Assembly (NCBI GenBank): GCA_032718475.1
Contig: JAUCBJ010002025.1
Coordinates: 1 to 40,115 of the forward strand
Direction: 5' to 3'
Origin: Nemertoderma westbladi
Taxonomy: Eukaryota > Animalia > Xenacoelomorpha
Length of the DNA stretch: 40,115 bases
Shown piece by piece: positions 23,686 to 32,125 of this stretch. Both the position numbers and the translations under genes were made by a program. The notes beneath the pieces were generated by a model, which was given only the letters and a program-made list of their open reading frames with translations, was not told where the DNA came from and made no database searches. Position 1 is the first letter of the stretch, and each line of letters begins with the position of its first letter.

Positions 23686-24878
23686 TGTTTGCGCTTTTAA
23701 GACCTTTGACAGTTTAACCTGCCAAATTAGGATGTCTTTTAGATGATATATAGTCTTTAGCCTATGACGAGTATTTGATACACTACATTAGCCGAAGCCA
23801 GTCTATGCGCAATCATTCACCCGCTGGATATACCCGGGAGACTGAATTCGGAAGCTTAATGATTGATGGTGTAAGCCTACCGTATTATTCGACTGATCGT
23901 TATATATAATCTCTGACAAATATTATTCACTTTCGGGAAATATTAACAGTTCCTTTAGGACGTGGCGCTCTAAATATGTAAACAGAGTTATGACTTAAAC
24001 TAGACACAACGAAAAGGCTATAGATTCACGTATATGGCGCATTCTTTAGGAGATGCTTTGTTATCAGTTACAATCATACACAATGCTGCACAATACTGCA
24101 CACTAATCTGACGACCTTCACTAAATTTAGTCACGTATAAAGAGAGCAACATACAATTTATGTCGGGCCTATGAAATAGCATTAGATTCACTTCAAACCA
24201 CTTAACATAGGTCGCAATCGTTTATCTGTAACCGGTCTCTCTAACCTTTAGTATATCAAGAAGGTGGGGTGTCTGACTATTGATCAGTATTCCGATATAA
24301 TATTTCATCAACCAATATAATGAATAACCGACAGTAAAAGCAGTAAAGTTAAGGTATGAATGATTATTAAGTGAGTTAACTGAGTTTTGGTATGATAACT
24401 CGGTTTGTTGAGTAAGATAAGTTTGGTATGATTCGATAACAGATATACGTTCTATAATTAAGCCTACTAATGTTAAACTAAAGACTGAAACACGGAGGTG
24501 CCAAAAGCCGATGTTCTTAGGCTCTGGGCAAAAACATAACACTGAACTACTGAGTTTCTGTATCCAACTCCAACACAGAGACAAAAAACGCTCTGATTGG
24601 TCGACCGAACAACGAGAGAACAAAGAAACAAAGAAATGTCGACGTGGCAATATCAGCTGTTAGCCGTCGTCATGGTAGCGACACTGTTTTCAAGAGGATC
24701 TAGCTTATTGCGTCACGAGATTGCGGATTATGTCCTCTAAAGTACAAATACAGAAGAAATGACTTTTATGTCCTCTAAAACACCAGTACAGCAAGGACAC
24801 GGCCTTTTTATGCCTGGTAAACCAACTACAGAGTACTTTACGGGAGAATAACCGGTTAATTACGCAAAAGCTTTTACA
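23686..24878 (-). repeat. 3' LTR of A2 (1193 bp, TGTAAAAGC...GCAAACA)
   Basis: Homologous to 4012-5246 and 28647-29862; not followed by leader sequence; purine-rich tract upstream. Confidence 0.87.
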
Positions 24879-24886
24879 CCGCTCCC
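24879..24886 (-). promoter_or_regulatory. Putative polypurine tract of A2
   Basis: GGGAGCGG directly before TGTAAAAG on the minus strand; short and imperfect. Confidence 0.5.
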
Positions 24887-24956
24887 AGAAAATGGGATTT
24901 AAGTCTATAAAATATAACAAATCACAGTTTCTAAAATATAAAAATACTCTAAACAG

Positions 24957-27900
24957 TTAGTCTTTCTTACGCGGACGGCGTTTACGCAGTTTTTTGAGGC
25001 TAGCAAGAGTCCTTTTCTCTTTGGGGCGAGCCACTTTACTAGGAGGGCTGTAACTCCTGGGTGAAGGGTGCAATACAATTGCATCAGAAGGTTTCGGATT
25101 GCGATCGGTGTATCCGCCGGTCGAGGTACCTGGTTGATCGATATCAACTTCAGCGGAGCGAGGTCTAACGGCCTTTAAGGCGCGTCTTAGGACAGCAGCT
25201 CCTACTGGTCCTTGACGGGTCGTCTGGACAACGGCGGTAGGTGGACCGTGAGTGGTGAGAAACTTCCTTGGTTTAATAGTTCTTTCCAGCTCGCGTTCTC
25301 GGGCTCGATATTCGTAGGGCCGTCGAGATACTTCCTGTAACTCAGGGTGCGAGTTGATAAATAAATCGCCATACTCAGGGTCTTGACGGATATAATGGAT
25401 CAAATGGTATGAAGTAATATCGTTAGGATTGACGTTCCTAAGGTATCTTCGAACAAATTTAGTGGAAATACACTCACCAACACGCTTCATTAGCTCGTAA
25501 CTCGGTATGCGTGTTTTTTGTTCCACAGACGCTAATAAATAAGGATGGAACGCGTAAACTCCCTCGTAAGAGCGTCCAGGGTAGTATCGATGACGGGACT
25601 CACAATGTAAATCCGCGTTCGCTTCCCAAGCTCGGATGTAGCGCAGGGTAATCATTTCATCTACGCTCTCTAAATCGGGATTAAAGGGGCAATTATAACT
25701 GGCATGTCCTTTAAGTTGACAGTGGTGGCATTGAGTCATAAATTGGGGGCAGACTGCAAAAATATGAGAGTTATTAAGTCTGCAATACGCACAATATATC
25801 TCCATCATTGGTTGTTCGTGGAAATAGGAGCAGGGTACGTCTGAGTCCATAGGGGTGAAATGGTCTCTCGATGCGCATAATCGACAACGTTTTCGAGAAA
25901 CATAGTTAGCGTGTCGATAATCGTATGCGGTGAGACATTGTGGACCTTGATACCACTCTAAGACGTAGTCGTTATCGCTGCTCCGGGGCGCTGTAGGCTG
26001 AATCGTTTCAGCTTCTAAGCATATTGGTTCGTCTTCCAATTGCATAGCTGAGGTAGGTGCGGCTGTCTCCGCAAGCGGACCCACTGTCTGAACTTCGACG
26101 ACAGAATAACCCGTGGGTATTCGGGGTCTTTGTATAACAGATGAATGTAAGTTCTGTATACAAATGTCCTGAAAAAGGGCAAATCCTGCGCTGTTTAGCT
26201 TCTCCGCCGCTGAGTCTCTCAGGCTGAGTTTGGTCAGAGCGCGGTCCTTGAACTGACTATCAACGTTACGAAACGGAGTCAGAAAGCGCCTGAAACATTC
26301 GAAGCGGATGAATTTATTGTGTTCATCTAACTTGGCGAGTTTGGTTCCGAGTATTAAGGGATGGGCGCGTATGGTACGACTGCACACATCGGCTAGCCAA
26401 CCGGCAAGTGCTGCGTTTTCAAAGATCGTGTATATAGCTAAGGAGGGACGAAGTGGAACACTCATAAAGCTATACACGGCGCCAGGTGCGGTCAATGGTC
26501 CATCAAAGTATAAACGAGAATAATGATCTCCGTATACTTGTTGGTAATTTATAGGATTTCCAACCTTGAAATTCCATCCGTATTCTTGAAAGGCAAGATG
26601 TCCGATGGAGGTTCGTTGTACTTTAGTAATTCCGCTGGGTGTATTGGCATACATACTGCGGAAGAAACCTTGGCCTTCTGCCCAAGGAGCAATCAGCTGA
26701 GTATCAACGAAGGGGTATGGAATGTTCTCCATATTCCGAAAGTCGTTCTGTAGGTCTCCATAAACAGCTGAGCCGATTTTAAGGATTCCTTCGTTAAACA
26801 ACATCTCGAGCACGGGTTGGGGTAACATCGATCCATCGATACCCATGGCCGGTTTGTGCTCGGTGTCGGTGACGTAACGCTGCGCGAGTTCAAATTGTCC
26901 ATGTCGGAGTTTCTTTTGTGTATCAGTAAGAGTTTCAAAAGAATAATCAATAACGTCGGAACACGCTCGAGTAAATACGTGGGTAGAACCAGCGAGTCCT
27001 CGTATATGTATCATCCGCGTAGTTCCAAGTTCTCCAACCGGAACGCTACCTTCGTTATCGTAAGTAACAACTCCATACATCTCGATAACGATAAGAGTTT
27101 CGTTCCACTCTTTTGTGGCATTTTCTAGTGTCATTCCCACAGGATGCCACAAGGTAGCGCATTCGCTAGCATTAGGCAGGTCTTTATACTTTAAATATTG
27201 TGTGGTATGTGTTTCCTCATCTCCATATCATTGTATTCTTTCCTCCTCGAATAACACATCAAGATTCCAGTGCACTAAACGAGTTTTGATGAATCCATCA
27301 AGATTATACGGAGGTATTGTTTCTTTCTCTATTCTGGAAACATTATATGGTTTTCGAAATGAGTTTACTTTAACTAACTGATCCAGATGTTTCTGCAGTT
27401 GTTCGAGTTCGACAAGATCGAGAGGATTTATTAGCGGTAGAAACTTCAGACTATGTGTAGGATCTTCCGGTTTTACCATGTAATATTGTTTTAGATTGAT
27501 GTAATAAGGGTGATCTTTGATCCCGTAAAACGAGTCCGGTAAAGGTCTAGCGCGTATGTTTACATTGTGTACCATGCGACGGACAAGATCTGCTCTATTG
27601 TCCGGAGGTTCAACGAGTATACCATCGACACGAGCGGATTCGATGGGCGGACGCTGCAACAGAGGAGCGTCGGCGATAAGATCTCGAGATCTTAGGTTGA
27701 TATCAACCGGTTGGGGTTGTGCCGTCGCAAAAAGCTTGTCTCTGAAATGGGGAACCATCGAGGGATGAAGAATGGTTTTAGAGTAGAGATCCGTCATAAG
27801 GATTTGCGCTTCGGGTTGAGCTAAAACCGCTTCTTCTCTCTCATCCAGTTCTATATGTCTCTCCTCGAGCTGATTCTCCTCCGCTTGTTGTTGTAGACGC

Positions 27901-28646
27901 TCATCTAGAAACTCTTGTAAAGAGTAGGTTCGTCCACGTTCGATGTCCTCCTCGAGATTTTGTATTTCTATATCGAACTGGGGTAAAGCTAATTCCTTCA
28001 CCGCTTGGACTTGTTGCTGCAATTTACACTTCTCCAAACAATCGTACGTTCCCTTTCCGATTTTCTGCCGAATAGCATCTAATGCGTTTCGTACGACGCT
28101 CTCTTCGACTTCCGTAACGGGTTGGATAGAGGTGAAGCCGGGACGGTTGTATGGGTTAAACGGCGATATTAGATGACCACGTCCCAATCCAGCTAGGTAG
28201 GGTTGGCGAATGTCCCGTGAGCCTACTACTGGAGTGCCACCGATCAACTGTTCGGGTAACACTAGATCTTTGAACAGTGAGTACAGTTCGGGAGGATCCG
28301 TGATACTATTAGGGTCATGAGTTTGAGGTCTGACTAAGGAATGCGGAGGTCTGACCGAGTATTCCGGAACTCTGATCATCGGTTTGTTCAAGGATCGCTT
28401 GAGTCGAGCGACCGCAGGGGACACGTCGAAAAGGTTTCGCTCGAAACTCCCATAAGTATATCGTGTAAAACTGTGTTTAGCGCAACGTCTCCGCGGATGT
28501 TTATGTCTTTCCGTTTGCTGATTGGGTCTAGGGCATTCGTCGCAGTAATACCAAAGACGCACGTCCTGCAGAGGAAACGCGGGTGATCGTTCTCCAGTTT
28601 TACAATATTCCTCCATCTGTTCGAAGCTATCTGGGACAACAGGTAG
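24957..28646 (-). pseudogene. Large accessory ORF (>=1229 codons, one internal TGA at 27228-27230, N-terminus cut by A3): Cys/His motif, coiled coil, DEDDy-like 3'-5' exonuclease, triple zinc knuckle, basic tail
   Basis: Track ORFs 27228..28748 and 24957..27152 are in the same frame, separated by one stop (EERIQ*YGDEETH...). Exonuclease-like motifs VVTYDNEG, LPQPVLEMLFNEGILKIGSAVYGD, FVDTQ, SIGHLA, PLRPSLAIYTIFE. Confidence 0.75.
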
Positions 28647-29862
28647 TGTAAAAGCTTTTGTAGGATAACTGATTCGTTTGCCTTGCTGGCCAGTTCCCCC
28701 CCGGTCGCTAGAATACTCTAAAAGGGATCTATAGCTAAAATAGTGCAAGCTACCAGCTTATTGGCTGATGTGCTGTACGAATGTATCTGGGTTCTGTTCA
28801 ATCGGCCAACCAGCTTAGGGAGGTTGCCTCAGCCCTGCTGTCCGTATCGGCCAATAGAATTTGAGTGGGCGTTGATTTTGACCTATCCCAGAGCTACTGA
28901 ACTGAATTTCCTATCTGTATGCTCATCCTCTGTGTTGGACGGGAGCTTCGGGGAATAAGGGTAGTTGGTATCCTCGTATAGGGATGTAGTCATATGATTC
29001 TTTATATGATTCTGTTGTTGTGTTCCCATTTTTCGCCAGACCACCGGCTTTTGGGAAGAATTCTAGTAAAACTGCTTAAATTATCGAAAGTCTAACTGTT
29101 ATTCAACCAACCTACTGGTCTAATTAACGCACTATTGATCATATAATTCTCCCGAACTCTACTTATTAATTATATTGTTTGTACTGTTATTTACCGTCAG
29201 TTATTAATTGTATCTATTTGTTGATGGAAATATTGCTCTTTGGAGAATACTGATAAATCACCCAAAATTCCCAATTTTCTTGATACACTACAGGTTAGAG
29301 AGACAGGCTATATATAACAATTGCGATTTATGTCAATGTGGTGTGTATTGAATCTAATGTTATTTAGCAGACCCTACATGAGTCAATTGCTGCTCTCTTT
29401 ATGTGTGATCAAATTTACTGACGGTCGGCAGAATAGTGTGCATGATTGTGATTGGTAACAAAGCATTTCCTAAAGAATGCGCCTTATACTTTAATTATAA
29501 GCAGTATCGTTGCGTTTAGTATAAGTCCTAGCTCTGTTTAAATAGATAGAGCGCCACGTCCTAAAGGAACTGTTAATATTTCCCGAAAGCCAATAATATC
29601 TGTCAGAAATTAATTATTAACGATCTATCGAATAATACAGTAGGTTTACACTGCAACCTTACACTGCAATAATAAAATTTAAGCAGCCGAATTCAGCCTC
29701 CCGGGTGTATCCATCGGGTGAATGATCGCGCATGGGCTGGCTTCGGTTAATGTTTTGTTTATTAGCATAAAATATTGTCGTATGCTAAAGGTGTTTTAAT
29801 TAACTAAAAGACATACAAATTTTGGCAGGTTAAACTGCTAAAGGTCTTCAAAAGCGCGAACA
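28647..29862 (+). repeat. 5' LTR of A3 (1216 bp, TGTAAAAGCTTTTG...GCGCGAACA)
   Basis: First 14 nt identical to the A2 LTR start; 3' half clearly homologous to the A1 and A2 LTRs; AATAAA near 29671. Confidence 0.85.
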
Positions 29863-29924
29863 ATAACAGTTATACTTCTTATTGCAGTAAGCAATAAGGT
29901 TGCAAATTACCGTAGTGACCGGTA

Positions 29925-30060
29925 AACCTGAACCGGTACTTCTGTAGGTCAGTAGGCCCAACTGCCAGAACCGGTACTGCTGTAGGCCGTAGGTCCAACT
30001 GCCAGAACCGGTACTTCTGTAGGTCTGTAGGCCCAACTGTCCTAACCGGTACAGCTGTAT
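29925..30060 (+). repeat. ~38-bp tandem repeat in the A3 leader
   Basis: AACCGGTACT(T/G)CTGTAGG...CCAACTG repeated ~3.5 times. Confidence 0.85.
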
Positions 30061-30224
30061 AAGTACATTAGTATTATTCGAATTTGATTAGTGCATACCG
30101 GTAGGCTGTTTAAGAGATTAGGGACTGTACACCCCTTGTTTCTTTTGGAGCTTACTTATTTCTGTCGGTTTTATTTCCTAGTAAGTTAATATTGAGCTGA
30201 AGACGTGTAAGTCTGCTCAGATTG

Positions 30225-30790
30225 TTCAGATAATTGTAGGCTGAACTGCTGTCTGACTGTTGTTGGGTTTGGAGAGATTACGGCGTGTGTAGAGTTTGTC
30301 TGATAAAGTGCCGTTAGTAAGTTGGGGCAGCCATATGCTGTAAGGTCAATCCCCTCTTAAAGAATAAGTCGTACTACCGTGTTAGAACGCATACTAACCT
30401 ACTATTTCAGAATCTGCATATACTGTAGTTTATTTTAGGCTTGATCGTAGTCTGCCAGCGTTTTAGCCTGTGTTTGTTTCTGTGGTCTGTTCAGGTACCG
30501 TAATAGTTATTACTCAGATATTTTGTAGGCTGGATTGTTGTCTAACTATTATTAGGTCTGAAGAGATTGCTGTGTGTGTGGAGTTTGTCTGATAAAGTGC
30601 GGTTAGTAAGTTGGGGCAGCCATATGCTGTAAGGTCAATCCCCTCTTAAAGAATAAGTCGTACTACCGTGTTAGAACGCATACTAACTAACCATTTCAGA
30701 ATCTACACGTACGGTAGTTTATTTAGGCTTGGTGGTAGTCTGCCAGCGTTTGGTTTGTATTTTGTTTGAGTATTCTGTACGGGTAGCGTA
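30225..30790 (+). repeat. Two-unit ~289-bp tandem duplication in the A3 leader
   Basis: AGTTTGTCTGATAAAGTGC...GAACGCATACTAAC at ~30293 and ~30582; outer limits approximate. Confidence 0.85.
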
Positions 30791-32125
30791 ATATTTATTA
30801 TTCAGAGTTTATGCGATTATTCGCAACATTCATGTCCCCAAGTTTATCCCTACAGTAATTGTGCTTGTTATACATACCGTTATAGTTAAATTAACCCCGG
30901 TACTACACGGGCTGCTTGGCGTAGGACAAGACTGGTGACTTTGTGCTCTGGTCACTCCAGCAGATGCCGTGGTTCTTTTAACTGTTCAAGTATATTTAAC
31001 TACTGATTATTTGTTATACCAGTACTTGTACCTAATTTAGGGTTTAGTGTACAGTGCTTTCCGAAGTAATTAGTGTGTAGGCAGTATATTTGTGTTGTAA
31101 AGTGGTTGATAGGCACATTCGTTAGCTCTATTAACTTCTGGGTAGGAACACTCCGTGATACATAACGTAGTACCTATAGCGATACGGTTATAGGTCGTCA
31201 GGCGGTGGTATTTTCCTATCTGGACAGTGCAATATATTTACTACTACTTATTATTTCAAATACCGTAGTACCCTGTCCGTTGTAATAACCAGAAATCTAA
31301 CCCTTTGTTAGGCTGGTTTGTAGACTTCCTGTAAAATTACCCTAAAAATTTCGTATGTAATATTTTTGTTGTGTTTTAATTAGAGAATTAATCTCACCCG
31401 TATCGTAAGTAATTTGTAGTATTAAGTAACTTAGGTAAATTAGAATTATCAGTTTTAGTGTCTCAATAAGTAACACTTCACTGAGAGAGTACAGCTTCTG
31501 TGTAGTGACTCCCCCAGAAATAATAACATTTATTTCAAATATTGACAAAAACCCATTTAAACGGGTATATATCTATTATAAATCAACTCAAACGATTTAT
31601 AAGTAGTAGGCCTGCCATACAACAACTAGGTCTCAAAATCAGTTGGACTACTGCTTAAATAACGGTAACAAAGTAAGTTAAAGTAACCAAGTAACCCTAA
31701 AATATTCAGAAATTCAATTATTCTAAAAATAATTGACATACCGGTACTTACCATAGGCTTATTATATTTATCTCTATAAATTGGAGCTGAAATCATACCG
31801 GTACTCTGTAATTAATTCTAGTTTATAATAATTATACTTATATATACTATAAGTGTCAGCTGTATACCGGTATTCACGATAGGCCTATTATATATTTATA
31901 TATATTTGTGCTAAAATTATATACCGGTACTCTGTGACAAATCTAGTCTGTAATAATACTTATATATATACTATAAGCATACCGGTACTCTAATATATTG
32001 TATATATATCACGTTACACCGAGTAACGGTATCGGTAATAAATCGCTAGGCTTGCGGTCATACTGAATTACTGGACTTACTTTAACTGTAACTATAGCAG
32101 TAAGCATTCAACTGTATAGCTAAAC

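Larger units (their letters stand above)
23686..28646 (-). mobile_element. BEL/Pao family A copy A2, 3' portion: accessory ORF, PPT, 3' LTR; interrupted by A3
   Basis: Family A LTR preceded on the minus strand by GGGAGCGG and a long sense ORF. Confidence 0.82.

Noticed and set aside
4012-24878. Direct LTR pair bounding one 21-kb element
   Set aside because: The left LTR is followed by leader and gag outside the pair, the right one is preceded by PPT and ORF outside the pair, and they are too diverged.
24957-28646. Envelope glycoprotein in the env position
   Set aside because: No transmembrane helix or fusion-protein features in the visible part; Cys residues are in zinc-knuckle spacing and the tail is basic.
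23686-29862. Long inverted repeats flanking two ORFs, resembling a DNA transposon or DIRS-like element
   Set aside because: The repeats are diverged LTRs of two oppositely oriented family A elements; the right one begins inside the ORF and continues into the A3 leader.
29925-30060. CRISPR-like array
   Set aside because: Contiguous tandem units with no unique spacers, no cas genes, eukaryotic retroelement context.
30293-30420. Hammerhead ribozyme in the leader duplication
   Set aside because: No complete CUGANGA/GAAA core on either strand.
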